From contig CABROF010000001.1 of NCBI GenBank assembly GCA_902472555.1, positions 32,025-96,024 on the forward strand: a DNA stretch of 64,000 bases, read 5' to 3'. This stretch comes from an uncultured Oscillospiraceae bacterium. GTDB lineage: Bacteria > Bacillota > Clostridia > UBA1212 > UBA1255. A program made the translations under genes and the position numbers. Numbering within the stretch: position 1 is the first letter of the stretch; every line of letters starts with the position of its first letter. Below the pieces are notes generated by a model, which was not told where the DNA came from, did not search any database, and saw only the letters and a program-made list of their open reading frames with translations. Shown in pieces: positions 9,856 through 18,883 of the stretch.

Positions 9856-11598
9856 ATGCAATCAAGAAAAGAGATGAAATGCTGCGCAAGGAAGGTTTTG
9901 AGAAAACATTACGGTATTTTCGTCGTAATCTGTCTCATCGCGGCTTTTATCGGCGCGGAGTTTACACAGACGCTCAGCTATACAAAATATCAGCGTGCAG
10001 AAAACGAGGTTTCCGAAAATACGGCAGGCGGTACAAATGATCAGCCTGCCGCCGATGCGGTATGGAGCAGCAGTATTTTTCAGACGGAACGCGGGGTATT
10101 TGCAGATATTGTAAATGCGGTTACCTCCGGTTCGCTGCTGGCCACTATCGTCTCGGCAATGGATTCCATTTTCGGTTCTCAGAATATTACAATTATGATA
10201 CTGATTCTCCTCAGTCTTTTTCTGAATCTCGCGATCTGGATGTTTATAAAAAATATCTATGTGGTCGTTTCAAGGCGGATGTTTCTCGAGGGGCGTTGCT
10301 ATGATAGGCTGCCGGTACAGAGATTTCTTTTTATTGTAAAGGTAAAAAAATGGATGAAGGTTTCATGGTGCATGCTGGTACGTACGGTCTTCCTATTTTT
10401 GTGGTGGCTGACCATTGCGGGCGGAGTCATTAAAACCTTCTCTTATTATCTGGTCCCGTATATTGCGGCGGAAAATCCTGATATTTCTGCAAAAGAGGCG
10501 CTGACGCTTTCCAGGAAAATGATGAACGGCCATAAATGGGAGTGTTTTATATTTGAATGCTCCTATCTCGGCTGGGAGCTTCTGAGTCTTTTGACATTCG
10601 GACTTGTTGGTATATTTTACGCACATCCTTACAAAGCGGCTGCATTCAGCGAATATTATGCACAGCTGCGCACGCAGGCAAAGGAAGCCGCACTCCCCGG
10701 TTCCGAACTGCTGAACAACCGTTATCTATATGAGAAAGCAGATGAAGCGGCTTTGCGGCAGGTGTATGCCGATGTCATTGCAGTGATAGAAGAGCCGGCG
10801 CCTTCACGCCAGAAAGGAATTCCGGGTTTTCTGGCAGAAATCTTTGGAGTCACCCTCCGTTATACTGAAAAAGATCAGGCCTATGAAGAACGCCAAATCC
10901 GTCTGATTCGCATCCGGAAGCGAAAGGATGCCGCCGCCGGGCGCGTATATCCGTCAAGCCTGTCTCCGCTGCCGGAAAAGCAGAAGCACAGTCGTGCAGA
11001 AGTGCTGAACTATATGCGCCGTTATTCTGTCTGCTCATTGATTCTGATCTTCTTTGTCTTTTGTCTGATCGGATGGCTCTGGGAGGTCAGTCTCAGACTG
11101 ATTGAGGGCGGATATTTTGCAAATCGCGGCGTACTGCACGGGCCATGGCTTCCGATCTACGGCTCCGGCGGCGTGCTAATCCTTGTACTCCTGAATAAAT
11201 TCCGCAGCAGACCCGCACTGGAATTTGCCAGTACCGTGGTATTATGCGGCATAGTGGAATATTTTACAGCCTTTTATCTGGAAACGGTATATGACGGAAT
11301 GAAATGGTGGGATTACAGCGGATACTTTATAAATCTTCACGGCAGAATTTGTGCAGAAGGCCTGCTTGTTTTCGGAATCGGCGGCATGGCCGCGGTTTAT
11401 ATCATTGCGCCGATGCTTGATAATCTGTTGAAAAGACTGCCGCGAAAAGCACGGATTGCGGCATGCGCTGCTTTGCTCATACTTTTTGCCGCAGATGTTG
11501 TATACTCCGGAAAGCACCCGAATGCAGGCGCCGGTATTTCAAGCGGTACGTCTTTTATATGCATAGTAAGCAAACGTATATATACAGCTCTTTTCTGA
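9856..11598 (+). CDS. Polytopic membrane protein. The N-terminal domain is DUF975-like. The C-terminal domain resembles the 'putative ABC-transporter type IV' (CmpB-like) fold.
   Basis: Strong RBS GGAGGAGTAGGAAAATG at 9856. The C-terminus IGWLWEVSLRLIEGGYFANRGVLHGPWLPIYGSGGVLILVLL ... YDGMKWWDYSG matches the CmpB-family pattern. Multiple hydrophobic helices are present. The track ORF starts at 9682 through non-coding-looking sequence. Confidence 0.5.
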   Translation: MQSRKEMKCCARKVLRKHYGIFVVICLIAAFIGAEFTQTLSYTKYQRAENEVSENTAGGTNDQPAADAVWSSSIFQTERGVFADIVNAVTSGSLLATIVSAMDSIFGSQNITIMILILLSLFLNLAIWMFIKNIYVVVSRRMFLEGRCYDRLPVQRFLFIVKVKKWMKVSWCMLVRTVFLFLWWLTIAGGVIKTFSYYLVPYIAAENPDISAKEALTLSRKMMNGHKWECFIFECSYLGWELLSLLTFGLVGIFYAHPYKAAAFSEYYAQLRTQAKEAALPGSELLNNRYLYEKADEAALRQVYADVIAVIEEPAPSRQKGIPGFLAEIFGVTLRYTEKDQAYEERQIRLIRIRKRKDAAAGRVYPSSLSPLPEKQKHSRAEVLNYMRRYSVCSLILIFFVFCLIGWLWEVSLRLIEGGYFANRGVLHGPWLPIYGSGGVLILVLLNKFRSRPALEFASTVVLCGIVEYFTAFYLETVYDGMKWWDYSGYFINLHGRICAEGLLVFGIGGMAAVYIIAPMLDNLLKRLPRKARIAACAALLILFAADVVYSGKHPNAGAGISSGTSFICIVSKRIYTALF

Positions 11599-11837
11599 CC
11601 GCTTGACGTCTTATTGATCAGATGCTTCTGCGAAAAGCTGAAACAATAGGCACCTGCGCACAGCTGTTCTGCGATGGCGATTACAAGACTGTACATCCGA
11701 AAAGTCATCTGCACAACCGTTTGGAATCCGGATGCTTCGCCCCTCCGCAGATGCCTTAAAAACGCGGCATCCTGTTTACATCGGCATTATATCAGGTTTG
11801 AAGCGCAGAGTAAAAAAAGTACTGTACAGAGATTGTT

Positions 11838-12956
11838 TTATTTCTGTCTTAGGCAATCGGCTGCAAATTCCGCTCTACTTTTCCATGTATTTTTTCGGGC
11901 AATTTCGGCAATCCGCATACTTTTTTTCTGTAAATCCTCCGGATGATCATGTATATATGAAAGCGCCGCAATAACCGCAGCAGAATGATCTTCTATACAA
12001 TAGCCGATGTCATGCTCCGAAATAAACGCGGCTGCCGCAGATCCTTCTGTAACTAAAATAGGAATCTGATGACCGATATATTCAAATAATTTATATGGCA
12101 TAGCAAAATTTCGATACTCCGAATAGGTATAAATTAAACAGCACAGATCCGCCTGCTGATATAAATCATCCAACTGTCTTCCGGTTTGGTGCACGATTTT
12201 TATAGAACGATCCAGATAAGGGGCGTATCGGCCTCTATTTTCCTCCCACTCCGTCTCTCTGCAGCAAATTGTCAGTTCCGCCTGCGGATAATCATGAACA
12301 CCTACAATCAAGTTCATAATATCATATAATTCTTTTCCAATCCCGCCTATATACAGCAAACGAAGCGGCCGTTCCGTTTCACCTGCCGCTTTCTTTTTTA
12401 CAATCGCACAATCCTCTGTACCTGACGGTAGCGCCTTTTGCCGAACTTTGCAAAAAGCTTTCGGCAGATATCCCCCCATTTTTAGAGACGGCAGAAAAAG
12501 AACATCCAGCAGTCTGCAGTATTGGCGTAAATCATACCGATACAGGCCGACTGAAATAAGACGTTTCCACCAAGCAACATTTTTTTTATATTGATCAAAC
12601 ATCCAATGAATGTCCCTATAAAACAAGCCGATTCTAATTCCCTGCTTTTTACAGTATCTAAAAAAAGAAAAATCAAGGAAGAAGTATTTTGGTATATGAT
12701 TTTTTTCAGTAAAAGCAGTCGGCATGGTGCTGCTTTCGCTGTAAAGGAAATCATACTCTACACCATTTTCGATATTCTTTTTGATCTGCAGAATCTGTTT
12801 TTTCCGATCCGCACCATATCCCATAACAGTATCGGTCTGAAATCCGATATTCTGAAAGGCCTCCAACATCTTTTGCGGTCGAGCCGAGGAAGCAGATTTG
12901 CCGGAAGGATCAATATAACCGGGAAAATGAAAAATACAGCGCCTTATTCCTGACAA
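11838..12956 (-). CDS. Putative GT-B fold glycosyltransferase.
   Basis: C-terminal PYKLFEYIGHQIPILVTEGSAAAAFI is typical of the donor-binding end of GT-B enzymes. The gene is AT-rich relative to the rest of the window. Confidence 0.45.
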   Translation of the reverse strand: MSGIRRCIFHFPGYIDPSGKSASSARPQKMLEAFQNIGFQTDTVMGYGADRKKQILQIKKNIENGVEYDFLYSESSTMPTAFTEKNHIPKYFFLDFSFFRYCKKQGIRIGLFYRDIHWMFDQYKKNVAWWKRLISVGLYRYDLRQYCRLLDVLFLPSLKMGGYLPKAFCKVRQKALPSGTEDCAIVKKKAAGETERPLRLLYIGGIGKELYDIMNLIVGVHDYPQAELTICCRETEWEENRGRYAPYLDRSIKIVHQTGRQLDDLYQQADLCCLIYTYSEYRNFAMPYKLFEYIGHQIPILVTEGSAAAAFISEHDIGYCIEDHSAAVIAALSYIHDHPEDLQKKSMRIAEIARKNTWKSRAEFAADCLRQK

Positions 12957-12997
12957 AGTTGATTACACTCCAATACATTAAAATAAACCGAAAAACT

Positions 12998-14086
12998 CTA
13001 TTCTAATAATCCCTTTAGCAGATCGATTTCCTTTTTTACAGTATTCTGATAACAGTACTTATCATTGGGCGGATACGGTACTCCCGCCGTAAGCTGGTTT
13101 AATATATCAGTTAAATCGATCGGTATATCATTTTTGATGAAAGCAACATTTGGAAATTCATTGAATATCTCATGACAGATCGCGATATCCGAAGTAATCA
13201 AAGGTAAACCATACGTTGCCATTTCACAAGCCATAACGCCCTGGGTATCTTCACGCGTAGGTAGTAATCCGCAACGCGATGCATTAAAAAGCACGAGCAT
13301 TTCAGAATGCTGCAATGTCCGTTCAATCCATGTTAAATTTGGTGCTTTATGGTTATAATTAAAAAATGCACCTTTCCCCACTACTAAAAATCTTAAATTT
13401 GGGTTATATGCAGCAAGTGCATTCACAATATCAATGCCGTATTTTGAATCATCCATACAGGGACGAATTGTAATAAAGTCATATTTTTTTTCACATACAG
13501 GGTCATAAGCATGCTCTTCAAAAATACTTCCTACACTGTTATGAATGATATTTGTTCTATCAGCAATTTTATCTTTTGGAATTTTTGTATAGTCTAAAAA
13601 TTTATTATACAGCCAGTTGCTAACAAATACCAAGTGGCATTTTTCTTTGTAGCGCAAAAAAAATTTTCTCCATTGGAAAAGCTTAAATGTATCATATCTG
13701 TTCTGTATAAAGTTTCGAAGTCCTGACCATCGGCTCATGTATGGAAACGGGGCTGGATATACTTTCGGAATTTTCAGTATCTCGTGTCCATGGAAAAAGA
13801 AAACAAATCGTGGAAAATTGTTGTGATATTTTTTTAAAAACCGGTAATGATTCCGGATATTTGCTGCATGACAAATTAAAATATCATAAAATTCAGGATT
13901 ATTCTTATAGTGCATCAAAGATATTACTGAGATTCCGTCAAATTCATAATCAGAATCACAATTAAAATTTAATACGGTCACATCAATACCGTTTTGAATA
14001 TAGTACTTGTTTCTCACATGTACAAACATTAAAGAGACAGTGCCATCAGGCTTCGGATAATCCACAACCGCAACCAATACTTTCAT
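12998..14086 (-). CDS. Family GT4 glycosyltransferase.
   Basis: GLLPTREDTQGVMACEMATYGLPLITSDIAICHEIF (E-x7-E region). The gene is markedly AT-rich. Confidence 0.7.
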   Translation of the reverse strand: MKVLVAVVDYPKPDGTVSLMFVHVRNKYYIQNGIDVTVLNFNCDSDYEFDGISVISLMHYKNNPEFYDILICHAANIRNHYRFLKKYHNNFPRFVFFFHGHEILKIPKVYPAPFPYMSRWSGLRNFIQNRYDTFKLFQWRKFFLRYKEKCHLVFVSNWLYNKFLDYTKIPKDKIADRTNIIHNSVGSIFEEHAYDPVCEKKYDFITIRPCMDDSKYGIDIVNALAAYNPNLRFLVVGKGAFFNYNHKAPNLTWIERTLQHSEMLVLFNASRCGLLPTREDTQGVMACEMATYGLPLITSDIAICHEIFNEFPNVAFIKNDIPIDLTDILNQLTAGVPYPPNDKYCYQNTVKKEIDLLKGLLE

Positions 14087-14194
14087 TAGAAAATAAACTC
14101 CTTATAATAAATCTTACATTTTCTCATGAAGTATAGCATACAGGGATCGAAAAGTCCACTTTCAAAAGAACTCTGCCCAGTGAGGCGTCCGAGT

Positions 14195-14770
14195 TCAGCC
14201 TGTATTTCCTGTAAGCGCCAAAAATCGTTGGTGTACGGTAAATTGATGATCCAGCTCCGGATGAAAGGCAACCGCAATTTGATTGCGGTATTGTACCCCA
14301 ACGATTTTTCCATCCGTTTCTGCCAAAACAGCTACCTCCGGAGCGGCTTGTTCAATATAGGGCGCACGGATAAAGGTCATGGGAATCGGTCCGCTGCCGC
14401 CGAAATCCGATTCTGTGTAAAAGCTGCCGAGCTGTCTCCCATAAGCGTTGCGCTTGACTGTTACAGGCAGCGTTCCAAAGTGAACCGTCTGCTCTCCGCT
14501 GATGGTGCGGGCCAGCAGTATCAGGCCCGCACACGTTCCTAAAACCGGCAGTCCGTTCAGGATCCTGCTGCGCAGCGGTTCAAAAAGTCCCAGGTCCCGC
14601 AAAAGCTTTCCTTGAACCGTGCTTTCGCCGCCCGGCAGGACAAGCCCGTCAAAAGATCTGTTCAGATCTGCCGGTTTCCGGAGTTCGAAGCAAGCAGCAC
14701 CAAGTCTGTGCAGCATATCCTCATGTTCAATAAACGCGCCCTGCAGCGCAAGCACGGCAATGGTTGCCAT
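14195..14770 (-). CDS. pdxT: Pyridoxal 5'-phosphate synthase glutaminase subunit PdxT.
   Basis: MATIAVLALQGAFIEHEDMLHRLGA ... GTCAGLILLA (catalytic Cys). It lies immediately downstream of pdxS. Confidence 0.85.
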   Translation of the reverse strand: MATIAVLALQGAFIEHEDMLHRLGAACFELRKPADLNRSFDGLVLPGGESTVQGKLLRDLGLFEPLRSRILNGLPVLGTCAGLILLARTISGEQTVHFGTLPVTVKRNAYGRQLGSFYTESDFGGSGPIPMTFIRAPYIEQAAPEVAVLAETDGKIVGVQYRNQIAVAFHPELDHQFTVHQRFLALTGNTG

Positions 14771-14775
14771 AAATA

Positions 14776-15640
14776 CTACTGCCCCCTCTCTGCCATCAGG
14801 AGCTGGATTTCCTGTTCATTGATGCCGATCATAGCCTCTCCTAAATCCTCCGACAGCGCCGCAAGCATGCGCGCATCGGTATAGTTTGTTACAGCCTGCA
14901 CGATCGCCCGGGCTCTTTTTGCCGGATTTCCCGATTTGAAAATGCCGGATCCCACAAATACGCCCTCAGCTCCCAGCTGCATCATCGGCAGGCGTTGCAA
15001 TGCCGCCTGCCGCGAAATTCACAACAGGCAGCCTTCCGTTTTCATGTACAAATAAAATAAGATCATACGGTACCTGCGATTCCTTTGCCGCCTGATACAG
15101 CTCATCTTCACGCATAGCAGAAATCCGTGAAATTTCACTGTTCATCTTGCGCATATGACGGACTGCCTGCACAATATCGCCGGTTCCGGGCTCCCCTTTT
15201 GTCCGGATCATAGCAGCACCTTCGCTGATTCTGCGCAGCGCTTCCCCCAGATCTTTCGCACCGCAGACAAACGGAACCTGAAACTGTGTTTTATCAATAT
15301 GGTATCTGTCGTCCGCAGGCGACAGCACCTCGCTTTCATCAATATAGTCGATTTCGATGGCCTCCAGAATCTGTGCCTCCGCAAAATGTCCGATTCTGCA
15401 TTTGGCCATTACCGGAATGGAAACAGCCTCCTGAATTTCCCGAATCAGCCGGGGGTCGCTCATTCGGGCAACGCCGCCCGCAGCCCGGATATCCGCGGGA
15501 ATCCGTTCTAATGCCATGACTGCGCAGGCTCCCGCCGCCTGTGCAATCTGCGCCTGCTCCGGGCTCGTCACATCCATAATCACGCCGCCTTTTAACATCT
15601 GCGCCAATTCCTTATTCAGCATCTCCCTTTTTGAATCCAT
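14776..15640 (-). pseudogene. pdxS: Pyridoxal 5'-phosphate synthase lyase subunit PdxS, split into two reading frames by a frameshift near 14985..15000. This may be an authentic pseudogene or an assembly error.
   Basis: The 224-aa upstream ORF ends ...[19 protein letters not shown]. The next frame continues (L)[39 protein letters not shown]. Canonical PdxS reads ...[28 protein letters not shown]. Confidence 0.7.
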
Positions 15641-15666
15641 CTCAGCCGCCTCCTGCGTTCATTTAT

Positions 15667-15703
15667 CGTACTCCTTTACAAGAAGTACGGTTTTCATTAT
15701 AAT
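15667..15703 (+). promoter_or_regulatory. Candidate pdxR promoter (-35 TTTACA 15675..15680, 17-nt spacer, -10 TATAAT 15698..15703) overlapped by the inverted repeat CGTACT-N11-AGTACG (15667..15689). This is a likely PdxR operator in the pdxS/pdxR divergent region.
   Basis: Read directly from the intergenic sequence. MocR/PdxR regulators typically bind repeats in the pdxR-pdxS intergenic region. Confidence 0.4.
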
Positions 15704-15772
15704 ATCAACTGACCATATTGAAATAACCATTTTATGATTATTTTATAATACCAGTTTGGAGCGAAGCAAACT

Positions 15773-17209
15773 ATGCTGACTTACATATTTGATCAGGCAA
15801 GCGGCAAAAGCCTGTATGAACAGCTCTATGGATATATCAAACAGGATATTCTGCGCAGCACGCTCCGTGCCGGCGAAAAGCTGCCGTCAAAACGCGCCTT
15901 GGCAAAAAACTTAGGAATCAGCAGCATTACGGTTGAGCACGCTTATGCGCAGCTGATTCAGGAGGGATATCTGTATGCGATAGAAAAAAAAGGATATTTT
16001 GTATCGGAAACAGAAAGTGCCGCTTTGCCATGTAAAAAAAACCGGCTTCCCGCCGAGCCGTTCAGCCTGCCTGTGCATAAAAATGAGTTCCCGGTATTTT
16101 TTGTGGATTTTAAAAACAATTCTGTGAATCATGAATATTTTCCATTCAGCCAATGGTCTAAAATTATGCGGGAGCTCCTTTCCGGCAGAAGCACCGATTT
16201 GCTGCAAAGCGCACCTTCAAACGGCATTCCGGAGCTGCGGCATGCAATTGCCGGCCATCTGTACCATTTCAGAGGCATTGCCGTAGATCCGGAACAGCTT
16301 GTGCTCGGCGCAGGCACCGAATATCTTTATGGGCTCTTGGTACAGCTTCTCGGACGCCGCCGGGTCTGTGCCGTTGAAAACCCCGGCTATCCGAAAGTAG
16401 CCCGCATTTTTACCAGCAACGGTATCGCCTGTGTCCCGGCTGCCATTGATCATGCGGGAATGTCTGTGGCTGCACTGCGCAGAAGCGGCGCCGATCTCGT
16501 ACACATATCACCTGCACATCACTTTCCCACCGGTATTGTTATGCCGGTGAGAAGGCGCCAGGAATTTTTGATTTGGGCTTCGGAAGCACCGTCACGCTAT
16601 ATTATCGAAGATGACTATGACTGTGAATTTCGTCTGATAGGCAAACCTATACAGACGCTGCAAAGTACGGATATGGAGGAAAAAGTCATTTATATGAATA
16701 CCTTTTCCAAAACCTTAGCGCCTTCCTTTCGGATCAGCTATATGATCCTTCCCCCACATTTAGCAGTCCGCTGCCGGCAGCAGCTATCATTTTACGCCTG
16801 TACCGTACCAACCCTCGAGCAATATGCACTTGCGGAATTTATACGCCGCGGATACTATGAGCGCCATATCAATCGGATGCGCAAATATTACCGTATGCTG
16901 CGGGATCAGATTATTCAGAAGGTAAAATCAAGTCCGCTTTCTGATATAACCCGGATCCGTGAGGAAAACGCAGGGCTGCATTTTTTGCTGCAAATTCTGC
17001 ATCCGGTTTCGGACGATCGGCTGCTTGTTGAAAATGCGAAAAAGAAAGGTATCCGAATCTCATGCCTCTCCGAATATTATCAAAATCCTGACGATTGTGC
17101 CTTACAAGCAATTGTCCTGAACTATTCCGGAGTCAGGGCGGAATGTGTTCCGGAAGCCGTCGACCGTCTGTCTGCCGCAATTTTCCCCGGCAGCTGTCCA
17201 ACATCTTAA
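15773..17209 (+). CDS. pdxR: MocR/GabR-family regulator (GntR HTH fused to a class-I aminotransferase-like domain). It is the likely PdxR controlling pdxST.
   Basis: N-terminal HTH YEQLYGYIKQDILRSTLRAGEKLPSKRALAKNLGISSITVEHAY. A long aminotransferase-like C-terminal domain. Divergent from pdxS-pdxT. Confidence 0.7.
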   Translation: MLTYIFDQASGKSLYEQLYGYIKQDILRSTLRAGEKLPSKRALAKNLGISSITVEHAYAQLIQEGYLYAIEKKGYFVSETESAALPCKKNRLPAEPFSLPVHKNEFPVFFVDFKNNSVNHEYFPFSQWSKIMRELLSGRSTDLLQSAPSNGIPELRHAIAGHLYHFRGIAVDPEQLVLGAGTEYLYGLLVQLLGRRRVCAVENPGYPKVARIFTSNGIACVPAAIDHAGMSVAALRRSGADLVHISPAHHFPTGIVMPVRRRQEFLIWASEAPSRYIIEDDYDCEFRLIGKPIQTLQSTDMEEKVIYMNTFSKTLAPSFRISYMILPPHLAVRCRQQLSFYACTVPTLEQYALAEFIRRGYYERHINRMRKYYRMLRDQIIQKVKSSPLSDITRIREENAGLHFLLQILHPVSDDRLLVENAKKKGIRISCLSEYYQNPDDCALQAIVLNYSGVRAECVPEAVDRLSAAIFPGSCPTS

Positions 17210-17215
17210 AAAGAC

Positions 17216-17971
17216 TTATAAACCTGGTAATGCATTTTTTCTGCAGGACGCCGTTCCGATCTTTTTTCTCAGATCCGGGCCGTATTTGCGATTTACCGCA
17301 GAATGAATGAAATACAGATACGGCAGCCCCATGTTGGTTTCCAGCAGGGAATTGACGATCAATGTCGCAATGCTCTGATTCCGGATTCCTGAAATCGTTA
17401 GAATAAACTCCCAACCGAACTGCACTAAAATTCCGATGGAAAGGATCCAAAGAAGCGGCGCGCGTTTTTGTTTGTCCTGACAGCGGATATTCCATAGACA
17501 GAGAATCGCATACCCAACAAACAAAAACACCGCCATGATCCCGTGATAACCAGAGGTCCCGCGAAAAATGGAGATTTTTGTGAAACAGCTGCCGAAATTT
17601 TGGCTGAGCAGCGCTGTACACAGCCATCCGCTCGTAATCAGCAGGGACCATTCCAGCGCGTGGCCATCCCGATCCAGCCAGACCCAAATCCAAACGAAGT
17701 TGGTAAAACCATAACTCATGGATAGCCAGAGAAGAAACCAGACCGGATCCGCACCTTCCACAGTCCGCGTCCCAAGCCACATATAAAAAACTCCGTAATC
17801 TACAATAAAATATAAAATCCCGCCAAGAAAGCCCGCGACTGCCGCCTGATACCGCCGGTTCCAAAGCAGCACCGCCAGCAAAAAGCATAAAAACAAAATA
17901 TCCAGAATGATATATAGCGTATTCATGGTACGCGCTGCCACTACCTCGGAAAATAAGCCGTTCATCAGCAA
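17216..17971 (-). CDS. Hypothetical polytopic membrane protein.
   Basis: Trp- and Phe-rich hydrophobic helices (ILDILFLCFLLAVLLW..., FLLWLSMSYGFTNFVWIWVWL). A competing 309-aa ORF in another frame on the same strand looks non-protein-like. Confidence 0.4.
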   Translation of the reverse strand: MLMNGLFSEVVAARTMNTLYIILDILFLCFLLAVLLWNRRYQAAVAGFLGGILYFIVDYGVFYMWLGTRTVEGADPVWFLLWLSMSYGFTNFVWIWVWLDRDGHALEWSLLITSGWLCTALLSQNFGSCFTKISIFRGTSGYHGIMAVFLFVGYAILCLWNIRCQDKQKRAPLLWILSIGILVQFGWEFILTISGIRNQSIATLIVNSLLETNMGLPYLYFIHSAVNRKYGPDLRKKIGTASCRKNALPGL

Positions 17972-18648
17972 TCACCGGTTTTATCCGTATCTGCGCACTG
18001 CTTCCACGCTTCCATAATCGCAAGACCGGAAGAGGTTCCCAGACGTTCTGCTCCTGCCGCAATCAGCGCCTTGGCAGCCTCATATGTCTTAATACCGCCG
18101 GAAGCTTTTATTTTTACACCGCCGGAAAGATGAGCTTTTATCAGTCGTACATCTTCTATCGTCGCGGCCCCTGCCGATACGCCGGTACAGGTTTTCACAT
18201 AAGCGGCGCCGCCTTCACAAGCCAATTTGGTGGCTGCTGCCTTTTCCGCATCCGTCAGCAGACCCGTCTCAATAATGACTTTTACAATTTTTCCTTTTGC
18301 CACAGCCGCGACCGCACGGATTTCATCGCGCACATAATCCAGCCGGCCATCTTTCAGCGCGCCTACGGAAATCACCATATCGAACTCATCACAGCCCAAG
18401 CGATACGCATCTTCCGTCTCCGCAATTTTTACTGCAGCGTTATTGGCCCCTAAAGGAAAACCGATTACAGTGCACACGTTGACATGGGTGCCTGATAATA
18501 GATGTTTTGCCAGCGAAACATAACAGGGGTTGACACAGACCGAGGCAAACCGTGCCTCTGCAGCCTCCGCGCACAGCCTGCGGATATCCGCCTCTGTTGC
18601 GTACGGTTTCAAATTCGTATGATCAATATACGCGTTGATTGGATTCAT
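17965..18648 (-). CDS. deoC: Deoxyribose-phosphate aldolase.
   Basis: MNPINAYIDHTNLKPYATEADIRRLCAEA ... FASVCVNPCYV ... IKASGGI (Schiff-base Lys region). Start ATG 18648. Confidence 0.85.
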   Translation of the reverse strand: MNPINAYIDHTNLKPYATEADIRRLCAEAAEARFASVCVNPCYVSLAKHLLSGTHVNVCTVIGFPLGANNAAVKIAETEDAYRLGCDEFDMVISVGALKDGRLDYVRDEIRAVAAVAKGKIVKVIIETGLLTDAEKAAATKLACEGGAAYVKTCTGVSAGAATIEDVRLIKAHLSGGVKIKASGGIKTYEAAKALIAAGAERLGTSSGLAIMEAWKQCADTDKTGDC

Positions 18649-18883
18649 ATAGGAACATCCCTTCTTCTCTGTTTTTATACACGTTTTATATCGTGCCTTC
18701 ATTCAATATTATACCAATAATCTATCATCCTTTTCCAGCGTTTCTTTTATTTGTCTCAGAACGTCGCGGGCACGCCGCCTGCTTGTTAAATCATTTCAAT
18801 GATTTTGGCAGTACCGAACCGCAATGAGATATGATATAATATAGATATTAATATACTGCAGTATAAATGTTGAAGGAGCATCT

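Noticed and set aside
14086-14313. 75-aa ORF between the GT4 gene and pdxT.
   Set aside because: It overlaps the 3' end of pdxT out of frame and an AT-rich intergenic promoter region. It is probably spurious.
17133-18062. 309-aa minus-strand ORF overlapping the 251-aa membrane-protein ORF in another frame, and also overlapping deoC.
   Set aside because: The translation is low-complexity and not protein-like, and it overlaps two better-supported genes. The 17216..17971 frame has clear transmembrane helices.
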